A stretch of 64,000 nucleotides of DNA. It comes from an uncultured Tenacibaculum sp. Its GTDB lineage: Bacteria; Bacteroidota; Bacteroidia; Flavobacteriales; Flavobacteriaceae. Of the stretch, positions 50,284 through 60,641 are shown piece by piece; position 1 is the stretch's first letter, and each line of letters starts with the position of its first letter. A program made the position numbers and the translations under genes. The notes under the pieces are model-generated. The model was given only the letters and a program-made list of their open reading frames with translations, was not told the origin of the DNA and searched no databases. The stretch spans positions 1,106-65,105 of the forward strand of contig CAZCHR010000001.1 of assembly GCA_964498665.1 (NCBI GenBank), given 5' to 3'.

Positions 50284-50309
50284 TTTGATTTATTATAAAT
50301 TATTGAAAA

Positions 50310-51074
50310 TTATTCTTCTAATGAAAAGTTAATAGGGAATCCGTATTTAACAGATACTGTTTTTCCATTATTTTTTGCTGGTTTAAAGTTTGGTAACTTA
50401 ACCACAACCCTTTTTGCTTCTTCGTTTAATATTTCAGCATTATCAGGTCCTAGTGTTTTTATATTTCTTACGTATCCATTTTTATCTATTATAAAACGAA
50501 CCCAAACTTCACCTTGTATTTGGTTTCTTATAGCTTCACTTGGATATCTAAAGTGTTTGTTAATATGTTTTACCATTTCGGTATTAAAACAATCTAATCT
50601 TTCTCCTTTTTTAGCTTTTTTACAACCATCAAATGAAGGTACTCTATCAACATAATATAATTTTGAAGCTTTAGCAACTTCTTCTTTTGATAACTTCTTT
50701 TTTAAAATATCAATATTAGATTTTAAAGATTTCATTTCGTTATCAGCATTGTTATTTTTAATTGTAACAATTGGTTTTACATTTTCTGATCTACTAACTA
50801 AATCTTTAACTCCTAAAGATTGAGATGATGCTATATTTTGTGCTAACTTTCTTTTAACAACTTTTCTTTTCTTTAAAAATCGTCTACTTGCAGAAACCTT
50901 AACCCTAATTTGATTCTCTTTTTTTTTAGATTTCTTTTTAGTTTCTATAGTACACTTTGTTATACTGTTTGCATCTACCAAAGCTTCGTCTGGAGATTCA
51001 CATACTTCTTGTTGAGAGTATGTATTTAAAATTGAAAACACTAATACTAATAATAAGTAATTTTTTTTTGTCAT
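50310..51074 (-). CDS. TonB C-terminal domain protein
   Basis: YPSEAIRNQIQGEVWVRFIIDKNG...FKPAKNNGKTV. Confidence 0.85.
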   Translation of the reverse strand: MTKKNYLLLVLVFSILNTYSQQEVCESPDEALVDANSITKCTIETKKKSKKKENQIRVKVSASRRFLKKRKVVKRKLAQNIASSQSLGVKDLVSRSENVKPIVTIKNNNADNEMKSLKSNIDILKKKLSKEEVAKASKLYYVDRVPSFDGCKKAKKGERLDCFNTEMVKHINKHFRYPSEAIRNQIQGEVWVRFIIDKNGYVRNIKTLGPDNAEILNEEAKRVVVKLPNFKPAKNNGKTVSVKYGFPINFSLEE

Positions 51075-51214
51075 TTTTTACGGTTTTTTTAGCAATTAGA
51101 ATTCATACTTTAGTTTTGGCGTAGCAAATTTACAATTTATTTTAAAATAAAAAAATAAACATAATTAACTGATAAAAAGACATTTAATTATTTGAGAAAT
51201 ATTTAAATAAAATG

Positions 51215-51541
51215 CTAAAAAATTAAAAAATTATTGCAAACGACTTCAGTAACATGCTTTTTTACACCTTCAGCATTCTCATAAGATCTTGACGTCAGCC
51301 TACCTTCTATCGCAATTTCAGCTCCTTTTTTTAGATATCTCTCTATAACATCAGCAGTTTTATTCCAAGCTATTATATTATGCCATTGTGTATCAGTAAC
51401 TTTTTCACCTTGTGTATTTTTATAACTTTCATTAGTAGCTAGAGAAAATTTTGCTATTTTTTTTCCAGTATCTAAAATAATTATTTCAGGGTTATTTCCT
51501 AAGTTTCCAATTAACTGCACTTTGTTTCTTAACGTATTCAT
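51215..51541 (-). CDS. ssb: Single-stranded DNA-binding protein, short form
   Basis: NKVQLIGNLG, FSLATNE, TQWH, IEGRL; no acidic tail. Confidence 0.9.
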   Translation of the reverse strand: MNTLRNKVQLIGNLGNNPEIIILDTGKKIAKFSLATNESYKNTQGEKVTDTQWHNIIAWNKTADVIERYLKKGAEIAIEGRLTSRSYENAEGVKKHVTEVVCNNFLIF

Positions 51542-51692
51542 AAGGTAAGTTTTAAATGATTTATATTTCGTCAATTCGTTTTGACACTGCAAAAATGAAA
51601 CAGTAATTAAATTATAACCGATTTTTAAATGTTTGTTTTCGATTGTAAATGAATGTAATCGTTTATTTTGTTATCTTTATAAGAAAAAAATA

Positions 51693-52235
51693 ATGACACT
51701 TCATATAGAAACTGAACGGTTAATTTTAAGAGAATTATTAGAAACTGATATTGATGGAATGTTTGAACTTGACTCTAATGAAAAAGTTCATGAATTTTTA
51801 GGCAAAAAACCTATCAAAACTAAAGAAGATGCTTTAACTAATATTCTTTTTATAAGAGATCAGTATAAAAAATTTAAAATTGGTCGTTTTGCTTGTATAG
51901 AAAAATCATCAGGGGATTTTATTGGTTGGTCAGGATTAAAATTTAATACTGGTGAAAAAGAAGCTTTAAATGGCTGCACTAACTTTATTGATATTGGTTA
52001 TCGATTCATTCCTAAATACTGGGGAAAAGGTTATGGATATGAATCTGCTATTACTTGTTTAAAATTTGGCTTTGAACAAATGAATTACAATACAATTTAT
52101 GCAGCTGCAGATATAGAAAATATAGGTTCTAATAAAATACTTCGTAAAATAGGTTTACAATTTGTAAATGAATTTAAATATGATAAAGTAAAAATTAATT
52201 GGTATAAATTAAACAAAGCCGATTATGGAATATAA
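51693..52235 (+). CDS. GNAT (RimJ/RimL-like) acetyltransferase
   Basis: ETERLILRE, FIGWSGL, YWGKGYG, NIGSNKIL. Confidence 0.9.
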   Translation: MTLHIETERLILRELLETDIDGMFELDSNEKVHEFLGKKPIKTKEDALTNILFIRDQYKKFKIGRFACIEKSSGDFIGWSGLKFNTGEKEALNGCTNFIDIGYRFIPKYWGKGYGYESAITCLKFGFEQMNYNTIYAAADIENIGSNKILRKIGLQFVNEFKYDKVKINWYKLNKADYGI

Positions 52236-52575
52236 AAAATGTTTAGAATGTAGTGATAAAGTTATTGGGAGAGTAGATAAAAAGTTTTGTTCTGATTATT
52301 GCAGAAATTCCTTTAACAATAAGGTTAATAAAGAAAGTAAGAACCTTATTAGAAATACTAATAATCGTTTACGTAAAAATCACAAAATACTAACCGAACT
52401 AAATATTACTGGAAAAACGAAAGTTACTAGACATAAGTTATTTGACAAAGGATTTGATTTCAAGTTTATTACATCAATTTACACAACTAAAACTGGTAAT
52501 AAATACCATTATATTTATAACCAAGGGTATTTAGAGCTAGAAAATGAAATGTATTTGTTAGTTAAACAGGATTAA
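52225..52575 (+). CDS. Small Zn-binding hypothetical protein
   Basis: CLEC...GRVDKKFCSDYCR, LRKN, YNQGY. Confidence 0.8.
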   Translation: MEYKKCLECSDKVIGRVDKKFCSDYCRNSFNNKVNKESKNLIRNTNNRLRKNHKILTELNITGKTKVTRHKLFDKGFDFKFITSIYTTKTGNKYHYIYNQGYLELENEMYLLVKQD

Positions 52576-52635
52576 AATTCAAAAACTTTTAAGTGAAAAA
52601 AAATTAACTACTTTTATATTTATTTAAAATCAATT

Positions 52636-54939
52636 ATGAAATCAATAAATAATTCAGTTGCAGTTATAATTATAATTCTAACAGTATTTTGGAGTTTTAA
52701 TGACCTTATTCCTCCAATATCAAACAGTAAAAATGAATTAAAAGCAACTGATTTTTCTATAAACAATGCTTTATATCATCTAAAAAACATATCAAAAAAA
52801 GCACATCACACAGGTTCTTCTGAGCATAAAATAGTTCAAAATTATATTGTTAATGAATTAAAAAAACTTCAATTAACTCCACAAATTCAAGTTCAAAACG
52901 CTATCAATAAAAAATGGAGAGCTAGTACTACTACCGAAAATATTATTACTAAAATAAAAGGAACTAGTAACGGAAAAGCTTTACTACTTCTTACTCATTA
53001 TGATTCTAATCCACATTCTTCATTAGGAGCAAGTGATGCGGGATCTGGAGTTGTTACGATTCTAGAAAGCCTTAGAGCTTTTTTATCGAAAAACAAACAG
53101 CCTAAAAACGACATTATTATCCTATTCTCAGATGCAGAAGAGTTAGGGCTATTAGGAGCACAAGCTTTTGTTGAAAATCATCCATGGGCGAAAGATGTTG
53201 GGTTAGTTTTAAACTTTGAAGCAAGAGGAAGTGGCGGACCCAGTTATATGTTAATGGAAACTAACGGAAAAAACAGCAAATTACTAACAGAGTTTTTAAA
53301 AGCAAATCCTAATTATCCAGCTGCAAATTCTTTAATGTATAGCATATATAAAATGCTTCCTAACGACACTGATTTAACAGTATTTAGAAAAAACGCTAAC
53401 ATAAGTGGATTTAATTTTGCTTTTATAGGAGATCATTTTGATTACCACACAGCGCAAGATTCTTACGAAAAATTAGATAGAGAAACCTTATTACATCAAG
53501 CTGATTATTTAACAACAGGTCTTAATTACTTTTCTGAATCGGATTTAAGTAATTTAAGTTCTAATGAAGATCTAATTTATATCAACTTTCCTATAATTGG
53601 TTTACTTACATTTCCTTTCTCATGGATTCTTCCTTTGTTTTTAACAGCATTAGTTATATTTTTAATTTTAATATTCTATGGGATTTCAAAAAGAAGCTTA
53701 ACGGTTAAAGGAATTTTAAAAGGATTTATACCGCTAATATTATCTTTATTAATTGTTGGACTTGTTACTTTTGGAGTATGGAAACTACTCTTAATTATTC
53801 ACCCCCAATATCAAGATATACTACATGGTTTTACTTATAACGGATATCAATATATAGTAGCTTTTTCTTTTTTATCTCTTTGGATTCTTTTTAAAATTTA
53901 CACACGATACTTTATAACAATATCTAAAGCAGATATTTTAGTTGCTCCAATTAGTTTATGGCTAATTATTAATTTTTTAGTTTTTAAATATTTACAAGGA
54001 GCTGGATTTTACATAATTCCAGTTTATATCTCATTATTAATATTTTCGATTTTAATTTTCATGAATATCCGTGAAAAATCAAAACCTATATTATTTGCTA
54101 TTTTATCAATTCCTACAATTTATATTTTTGCTCCTTTTATTAAAATGTTTCCAGTTGGTTTAGGACTAAAGGTTTTATTTCTTTGTGGGGTTTTTATTGT
54201 GTTAGTAATAAGTTTATTAATTCCTATTTTTCATAATCAGAAAAAGAAAAACCTTTTACAATTCTTTTTTGGATTTTTGACTATTCTGTTTTTTTGTTTA
54301 GCTTCATTTAATAGTGGGTTTTCAATAGAAAACAAAAAACCTAACAGCCTTGTTTTTGTTCAAAATTCTAATAAGAACATATCTTATTGGGCTACTTATA
54401 ATAAGACTTTAGACACTTATACAAATCAAATTTTTGGTGATGATGATCTAGAAAATAAAATATCTTTTATTGATGGAAAAAGTAAGTACAATACAAATTT
54501 TAGTTATTCCAAAAAGGCTGAAAACAAAAAAATAAAAACCTCAAATATCATTATTAATTTAGATACTATTATTGACAATAAAAGAAATGTAAACTTCACT
54601 ATTACACCTACCAGAAAAATTGATAGGTATGAATTTAAAACTCATAACTCAATTACTCTAAGTGAACTAAGTGTTAATGGAACATGTTATGACAAAGGAA
54701 ACCTATTTAAATCAAAAAAAGGGACGCTATTAATTTACCAAATGGCTAACTCTAATAAAGATCTTACTATTTCATTTACTATTGATAAGAACATAAAACC
54801 TGATATTATATTAAATGAAATTTCATATGATTTATTATCGAATCCAAAATTTAATTTGACACCACGGAATGAAACAATGATGCCAATGCCTTTTGTAGTT
54901 AATGATGCTATTATAACTATTAAAAAAATAGAGTTATAA
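52636..54939 (+). CDS. M28 family membrane metallopeptidase
   Basis: HYDS, GASDAGSG, DAEELGL, NFEARG, YHT, followed by multiple TM helices. Confidence 0.9.
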   Translation: MKSINNSVAVIIIILTVFWSFNDLIPPISNSKNELKATDFSINNALYHLKNISKKAHHTGSSEHKIVQNYIVNELKKLQLTPQIQVQNAINKKWRASTTTENIITKIKGTSNGKALLLLTHYDSNPHSSLGASDAGSGVVTILESLRAFLSKNKQPKNDIIILFSDAEELGLLGAQAFVENHPWAKDVGLVLNFEARGSGGPSYMLMETNGKNSKLLTEFLKANPNYPAANSLMYSIYKMLPNDTDLTVFRKNANISGFNFAFIGDHFDYHTAQDSYEKLDRETLLHQADYLTTGLNYFSESDLSNLSSNEDLIYINFPIIGLLTFPFSWILPLFLTALVIFLILIFYGISKRSLTVKGILKGFIPLILSLLIVGLVTFGVWKLLLIIHPQYQDILHGFTYNGYQYIVAFSFLSLWILFKIYTRYFITISKADILVAPISLWLIINFLVFKYLQGAGFYIIPVYISLLIFSILIFMNIREKSKPILFAILSIPTIYIFAPFIKMFPVGLGLKVLFLCGVFIVLVISLLIPIFHNQKKKNLLQFFFGFLTILFFCLASFNSGFSIENKKPNSLVFVQNSNKNISYWATYNKTLDTYTNQIFGDDDLENKISFIDGKSKYNTNFSYSKKAENKKIKTSNIIINLDTIIDNKRNVNFTITPTRKIDRYEFKTHNSITLSELSVNGTCYDKGNLFKSKKGTLLIYQMANSNKDLTISFTIDKNIKPDIILNEISYDLLSNPKFNLTPRNETMMPMPFVVNDAIITIKKIEL

Positions 54940-54984
54940 ACAACAAAAAACTCAACGATATCGTTGAGTTTTTTGTTGTTTATA
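54935..54984. terminator. Perfect 50-bp palindrome, likely bidirectional terminator
   Basis: TATAAACAACAAAAAACTCAACGAT|ATCGTTGAGTTTTTTGTTGTTTATA, checked base by base. Confidence 0.85.
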
Positions 54985-54995
54985 TAAATTAATAA

Positions 54996-56423
54996 TTAGT
55001 CTATACTAGATACTCTTAACGTATTTACCATACCTCTAGATTCAACAGGCATTGACGATAGATTAATCACAAAATCACCTGTTTTAACAAAACCTTTTTC
55101 TTTAATTATTTCATTAATATCTTCAATAGTATCATCAGTACTCAATTCTCTATCATAATAATAAGCACGAACACCCCAAAGCAAGTTTAACTTTCCTAAA
55201 ATTCTTCTTTTTGAAGTAAATGCAATAACATGAGATTTCGGTCTCCATGCAGATATTTGAAATGCTGTATAACCACTGTTTGTTAGTGTTGATATAGCCG
55301 CTGCTTTTATATCATCAGCCATTTGAGCTGCATGATGACAAATAGATTTCGTTACAAAACGATTTGTACGAATATGCGGTGGTTCATGCGGAACTTCGAT
55401 TAATGGTGAAAACTCAACACTTCCAATAATTTCAGTCATTTTTTTAATTACCTTAATAGGGTGTTTTCCCACTGATGTTTCTCCAGAAAGCATAACTGCA
55501 TCAGCTCCGTCCATAATTGAGTTAGCAACATCATTAACCTCTGCTCTTGTTGGAACAGGATTATCAATCATTGTTTCCATCATTTGAGTTGCAATAATTA
55601 CAGGAATTCTAGCTTGTTTAGCTCTCAATACTAAACTTTTTTGAATCAAAGGAACTTCTTGCATAGGTACTTCAACTCCTAAATCACCACGAGCAACCAT
55701 TAAACCATCACAATATGGTATTAATGCATCAATATTTTCAACAGCTTCTGGTTTTTCTATTTTTGCTATTACTGGGACTCTATAACGTGAATTTTGTTTA
55801 ATTAAATCACGTAACATTCTTAAATCTTCTGGTGTTCTAACAAACGATAAAGCAATCCAATCTACCTCTTGTTTTAAAGCAAAAACTGCATCCTTTTTAT
55901 CTTTATCTGTTAAAGCTGGTAAAGAAATATTTGTATTGGGAAGATTTACTCCTTTTTTAGATTTTAAAGCTCCACCAACAATTACTTTAGTAACTACTTC
56001 TTTGTCTTTATCGGTAGCAACAACTTCGAACTGTAACTTACCATCATCTACTAAAATTTGCTCTCCTACTTTTACATCTTTAGGAAAACGTTGATAAGTC
56101 ATAAAAGCTCTTTCATTTGTACCTTCACACTCCTCAGTTGTAAAAACAAAAGTATCACCAGAATTTAAGACCACACCTTCATTCATTACTCCAACCCTTA
56201 GTTTTGGACCTTGTAAATCTGCTAAAACTGCTACATTATAACCTCTCTCTTTATTAATTTCTCTAATTTGCTGAACACGTTCTTTTACAATATCATAATC
56301 TGCATGTGAAAAATTAATTCTAAAAACATTAACACCAGCAGCAGCCATGTTTGCTAAAATTTCTTTTGTATTCGTTGCGGGTCCTAATGTTGCTACAATT
56401 TTGGTTTTTTTGTTATGTGGCAT
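54996..56423 (-). CDS. pyk: Pyruvate kinase
   Basis: TKIVATLGPA, DLQGPKLR, IAKIEK, MVARGDLGVE, PTRAEV. Confidence 0.97.
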   Translation of the reverse strand: MPHNKKTKIVATLGPATNTKEILANMAAAGVNVFRINFSHADYDIVKERVQQIREINKERGYNVAVLADLQGPKLRVGVMNEGVVLNSGDTFVFTTEECEGTNERAFMTYQRFPKDVKVGEQILVDDGKLQFEVVATDKDKEVVTKVIVGGALKSKKGVNLPNTNISLPALTDKDKKDAVFALKQEVDWIALSFVRTPEDLRMLRDLIKQNSRYRVPVIAKIEKPEAVENIDALIPYCDGLMVARGDLGVEVPMQEVPLIQKSLVLRAKQARIPVIIATQMMETMIDNPVPTRAEVNDVANSIMDGADAVMLSGETSVGKHPIKVIKKMTEIIGSVEFSPLIEVPHEPPHIRTNRFVTKSICHHAAQMADDIKAAAISTLTNSGYTAFQISAWRPKSHVIAFTSKRRILGKLNLLWGVRAYYYDRELSTDDTIEDINEIIKEKGFVKTGDFVINLSSMPVESRGMVNTLRVSSID

Positions 56424-56426
56424 AGT

Positions 56427-56897
56427 TTAAAAAATTAAAAATTCTTTAGATTTTAAAGATTCTATCTCAATCTTATATGTTGTTATAATTTGCGGTATTT
56501 GATTAATTTTTTCTATTGTTTTAACAATATATTCATAATCAAAATCACCTTCTATCTTTAAGAAAAAATCAACTTTTTTCTTTTCTGGCACTAAATTCAT
56601 TACAGTATCACTTTCATTGAAAAGACCTGTTGAAGTTGTTTTTTTAGTAGATTTATATACATTAGATATTAAATACCAATCATAATCAAGTTCTGTATTT
56701 AAATACTCGTAAACTGTATATGACGACTGATTATTTTTTTTTGTGAAATCTAAATAATAATTAGCTCTACGAAACTTTACTTGTAAATGTAGATTTAACA
56801 AGTAAGCTAACCTGTAATCACTTAGCACTGTATGAATACCTAATAGGGTATAATCATTATCTGAAAACTCATCAATATTCAGTGAATAAACCGACAT
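56427..56897 (-). CDS. IPExxxVDY family protein
   Basis: DYRLAY, LVPEKKKVDFFLKI; located between rnc and pyk. Confidence 0.85.
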   Translation of the reverse strand: MSVYSLNIDEFSDNDYTLLGIHTVLSDYRLAYLLNLHLQVKFRRANYYLDFTKKNNQSSYTVYEYLNTELDYDWYLISNVYKSTKKTTSTGLFNESDTVMNLVPEKKKVDFFLKIEGDFDYEYIVKTIEKINQIPQIITTYKIEIESLKSKEFLIF

Positions 56898-56980
56898 ATA
56901 ACAACTAATTTATTGTTGCTAAATTAATGAATGTATCTAAAATATTATGTAAAAAAAACGAAAACGTTTTTGCTCTAATG

Positions 56981-57718
56981 TTAAGAATTCTGCATTTCAC
57001 TTTGCATTGCGTAGTATACTCTCTTAGCAGCTATTTCTTCTGCTTTTTTCTTTGAAGTGGCTCTACCTTTACCTATAATATTACCATCTATACTAACTCT
57101 AACACTAAAATGCTTCTTGTTTTGGTTACCTGAATCTTCATATGATTCAAATTTATATTTTCTCTTATTTTTCTGACACCATTCAATCACATAACCTTTA
57201 TAGCTAGATATTTTACCTTCTAATCTTTCAATATCTACATAAGGTAAAATTACTTGTTCATAGATAAATTGACTACAATAATTGTAACCTCTATCTAAAT
57301 AAATAGCACCTATTAAAGCTTCAAAAATATTTCCATGAATATTATTACTAATATGATCTTTTGAAATGTTGCTTTTTACAAACCTAAATAACTCTAAGTC
57401 TTTACCTAAAGTATTTAAATGTTCTCTACTTACAACTTTCGAGCGCATTTGAGTTAAATACCCTTCATCTCCTTCAGGAACTTTTTTATATAAATAAGAA
57501 GCAATTACAGTACCTAAAATAGCGTCTCCAAGAAACTCTAAACGTTCATAATTAATAGGATTCCCATTACTATCAACAAGTTTTAAAGATCTATGCGTAA
57601 ACGCTTTTTTATAGTAAGACAACTTAATTGGTTTAAAATTAAGCAGCTCTTTTAATTCGTAGAAAAAGTTTTCATCCTCTTTATTTTGGGGTCTAACTAT
57701 TCTTCGAAGAAAATTCAT
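56981..57718 (-). CDS. rnc: Ribonuclease III
   Basis: ERLEFLGDA, FEALIGAIYLD, dsRBD SKKKAEE. Confidence 0.96.
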   Translation of the reverse strand: MNFLRRIVRPQNKEDENFFYELKELLNFKPIKLSYYKKAFTHRSLKLVDSNGNPINYERLEFLGDAILGTVIASYLYKKVPEGDEGYLTQMRSKVVSREHLNTLGKDLELFRFVKSNISKDHISNNIHGNIFEALIGAIYLDRGYNYCSQFIYEQVILPYVDIERLEGKISSYKGYVIEWCQKNKRKYKFESYEDSGNQNKKHFSVRVSIDGNIIGKGRATSKKKAEEIAAKRVYYAMQSEMQNS

Positions 57719-57724
57719 ATTAAA

Positions 57725-58975
57725 TTAATCTAATTTTCTAAAGGCAACACAAGCATTATGACCACCAAAACCAAATGTATTACTCATCGCTACTTTAATC
57801 TCTTTCTTTTGAGCTTTATTTAACGTTAAGTTTAAATCTGGATTGATATTTTCATCAACATTTACATGATTAATTGTTGGAGGTACAAGACTATGTTTCA
57901 TTGCTAATATCGAAGCAATAGACTCTATAGCTCCAGCAGCACCTAATAAATGCCCTGTCATAGATTTTGTTGAATTGATATTGATATTCTTAGCATGTTC
58001 TCCAAAAACTTCTGAAATTGCTTTTAATTCAGCAACATCACCCAATGGTGTAGAAGTACCATGAGTATTTATATGGTCTACATCTTCTGGTTTAATACCA
58101 GCATTTTCAAGACAATTTTTCATTACTGCAATTACACCAATTCCATCAGGATGTGGTGCTGTCATATGGTGTGCGTCAGATGACATTCCTCCACCTATAA
58201 CTTCAGCATAAATTTTTGCTCCACGCGCTTTTGCGTGCTCATATTCTTCTAAGATAATTGCCCCTGCTCCTTCTCCTAAAACAAAACCGTCACGCTCACT
58301 ATCAAAAGGTCTTGATGCTGATTTATGGTTTTCGTTATTTGTAGAAAGTGCATGCATTGCGTTAAAACCACCAACACCAGCGTATGTAACAGCAGCTTCA
58401 CTACCACCAGTTACAATTACATCACAATGTCCTAAACGGATATAGTTTAAAGCATCAATCATTGCGTTTGCAGACGATGCACATGCAGATACTGTTGTGT
58501 AATTAGGCCCCATAAATCCATTTTTAATAGATATATGACCAGGTGCGATATCAGCAATCATTTTAGGTATAAAGAAAGGATTAAACCTTGGTGTACCATC
58601 TCCAGCACCAAAATTCATAGCTTCGTTTTGGAAAGTCTCTAAACCTCCAATACCAGCTCCCCATATTACACCTACTCTGAATTTATTAATTTCGTCAAGA
58701 TTTAATTCAGAATCTGCAATAGCTTCATCAGAAGCTACCATTGCATATTGTGTAAATCTATCCATTTTACGCGCATCTTTTCTATTGATAAAATCAGTCG
58801 CGTTAAAATCTTTTAATTCACATGCGAAACGAGTTTTGAACTTGGCAGCATCAAAATACGTTATAGGCGCAGCTCCACTAACTCCGTTAACTAAGCTTTC
58901 CCAATATTGTTCTATATTGTTTCCTATTGGCGTTAATGCGCCAAGTCCAGTTACTACAACTCGTTTTAATTGCAT
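57725..58975 (-). CDS. fabF: Beta-ketoacyl-ACP synthase II
   Basis: RVVVTG, SACAS, HGTST, KSMTGHLLGA, NTFGFGG. Confidence 0.96.
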   Translation of the reverse strand: MQLKRVVVTGLGALTPIGNNIEQYWESLVNGVSGAAPITYFDAAKFKTRFACELKDFNATDFINRKDARKMDRFTQYAMVASDEAIADSELNLDEINKFRVGVIWGAGIGGLETFQNEAMNFGAGDGTPRFNPFFIPKMIADIAPGHISIKNGFMGPNYTTVSACASSANAMIDALNYIRLGHCDVIVTGGSEAAVTYAGVGGFNAMHALSTNNENHKSASRPFDSERDGFVLGEGAGAIILEEYEHAKARGAKIYAEVIGGGMSSDAHHMTAPHPDGIGVIAVMKNCLENAGIKPEDVDHINTHGTSTPLGDVAELKAISEVFGEHAKNININSTKSMTGHLLGAAGAIESIASILAMKHSLVPPTINHVNVDENINPDLNLTLNKAQKKEIKVAMSNTFGFGGHNACVAFRKLD

Positions 58976-58982
58976 ATAAAAA

Positions 58983-59219
58983 TTATTTTTTTGCGTCTTC
59001 TATATAGCTAACTGCTTGACCAACTGTACCGATATTCTCAGCTTGATCGTCTGGAATTTGAATATCAAATTCTTTTTCGAATTCCATGATTAACTCAACA
59101 GTATCTAAAGAATCTGCTCCTAAATCATTTGTGAAGCTAGCTTCTGTTGTTACTTCGTTATCGTCTACTCCTAATTTATCAACGATTATTGCTTTTACTC
59201 TTGATGCAATGTCTGACAT
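58983..59219 (-). CDS. acpP: Acyl carrier protein
   Basis: [11 protein letters not shown]. Confidence 0.97.
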   Translation of the reverse strand: MSDIASRVKAIIVDKLGVDDNEVTTEASFTNDLGADSLDTVELIMEFEKEFDIQIPDDQAENIGTVGQAVSYIEDAKK

Positions 59220-59395
59220 AATTTTGTTTGTTTTAAAATTTAAAATCGAGGCAAAAATACAAATCTTAACTATTAATTCTAATTTTTGCTCAAAAATGTG
59301 ATGTCTAATTTAAAAAAAAACTCGAATGTTTTTATATAAACACCACCGTTGTTAATAATTATCCTTTTTTTTGCAGTAACAAAACAACTATTTTT

Positions 59396-59965
59396 ATGAA
59401 AAGAATTGTAATTTTTGCTTCGGGCTCTGGTACCAATGCTGAAAACATTATTAAGTATTTCCAATCAACTAAAACTGCGGTTGTTACTCATGTTTTGTCT
59501 AACAATGAACATGCCAAAGTTTTTGAACGTTGTGAAAGGTTAAAAATAGACGCCTCACTCTTTGATAAAGAAGACCTTATAAATGATGACACTGTTTTAA
59601 ATTTTCTACAAGTTGAAGCTGACATAATTGTATTAGCTGGTTTTTTATGGCGTATTCCATCGAAAATTGTTGATGCTTTTCCTAATAAAATCATCAATAT
59701 TCACCCTGCATTACTACCTAAATATGGCGGAAAAGGAATGTATGGCATGAACGTACACAGCTCTGTTAAAAAAAATAATGATGCCGAAACTGGGATTACT
59801 ATTCATTATGTAAATGAAAATTACGACGAAGGTGCTGTTATATTTCAAACCAAAACTACGCTTTCAAATGATGATTCTGTTGATGATATTGCTAAAAAAA
59901 TTCATGAATTAGAGTATCAATATTTTCCAAAAATTATAGAAGAGGTGATCTTAAAAAATGAGTAA
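59396..59965 (+). CDS. purN: Phosphoribosylglycinamide formyltransferase
   Basis: FASGSGTN, NIHPALLP, GITIHYV, YDEG. Confidence 0.95.
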   Translation: MKRIVIFASGSGTNAENIIKYFQSTKTAVVTHVLSNNEHAKVFERCERLKIDASLFDKEDLINDDTVLNFLQVEADIIVLAGFLWRIPSKIVDAFPNKIINIHPALLPKYGGKGMYGMNVHSSVKKNNDAETGITIHYVNENYDEGAVIFQTKTTLSNDDSVDDIAKKIHELEYQYFPKIIEEVILKNE

Positions 59966-60596
59966 GAAAAAAAAATACTATGTAGTTTGGAATGGCAAAA
60001 AAACGGGAGTTTTTAACTCTTGGGATAAGTGTAAAAAACAAATAAACGGCTTTACAGGAGCTCAATATAAAGCCTTTTTAAGCAAAGAGGACGCAGAAGT
60101 TGCTTTCACCAAAACCTATAACGATTACAAAGGTAAAAGCACTAAAAAACCAATATTAACAGCTGCTGAGAAATCAGCATATGGGAGCCCTAATCTTGAA
60201 AGTATTTCGGTAGATGCGGCTTGTTCAGGAAATCCGGGACTTATGGAATATAGAGGCGTACTCACACATGATAAAAAAGAAATTTTTAAAATGGGTCCAT
60301 TTAAAAATGGAACAAATAACATAGGTGAGTTTTTGGCACTAGTACATGGAATTGCTTTATTAAAAAGTAAAAAGCTAGATAAATTACCTATCTATTCAGA
60401 TTCTAAAATTGCAATGAGCTGGGTTAAAAAGAAACAATGCAGAACTAATATAGTTTTTGACACTTCTAATAAAGACATCTTAAACTTAATTAACCGTGCA
60501 GAAAAATGGTTAAAAGAAAATACATTTAATAATCCTTTATTAAAATGGGAAACCAAAGCTTGGGGTGAAATACCTGCTGATTTTGGTAGAAAATAA
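59958..60596 (+). CDS. rnhA: Ribonuclease HI with viroplasmin-like hybrid-binding domain
   Basis: YYVVWNG...GVFNSW, VDAACSGNPG, TNNIGEFLA, YSDS, WGEIPADFGRK. Confidence 0.92.
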   Translation: MSKKKKYYVVWNGKKTGVFNSWDKCKKQINGFTGAQYKAFLSKEDAEVAFTKTYNDYKGKSTKKPILTAAEKSAYGSPNLESISVDAACSGNPGLMEYRGVLTHDKKEIFKMGPFKNGTNNIGEFLALVHGIALLKSKKLDKLPIYSDSKIAMSWVKKKQCRTNIVFDTSNKDILNLINRAEKWLKENTFNNPLLKWETKAWGEIPADFGRK

Positions 60597-60597
60597 A

Positions 60598-60623
60598 AAA
60601 CCCGAGTAAATTTACTCGGGTTT
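60598..60623. terminator. Perfect 26-bp palindrome, bidirectional terminator
   Basis: AAACCCGAGTAAA|TTTACTCGGGTTT between convergent genes. Confidence 0.82.
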
Positions 60624-60641
60624 ATACTATAATACAATTTG

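Noticed and set aside
59958-60596. Viroplasmin domain suggesting viral origin
   Set aside because: This is the normal hybrid-binding domain of Bacteroidota RNase HI, in a core context after purN
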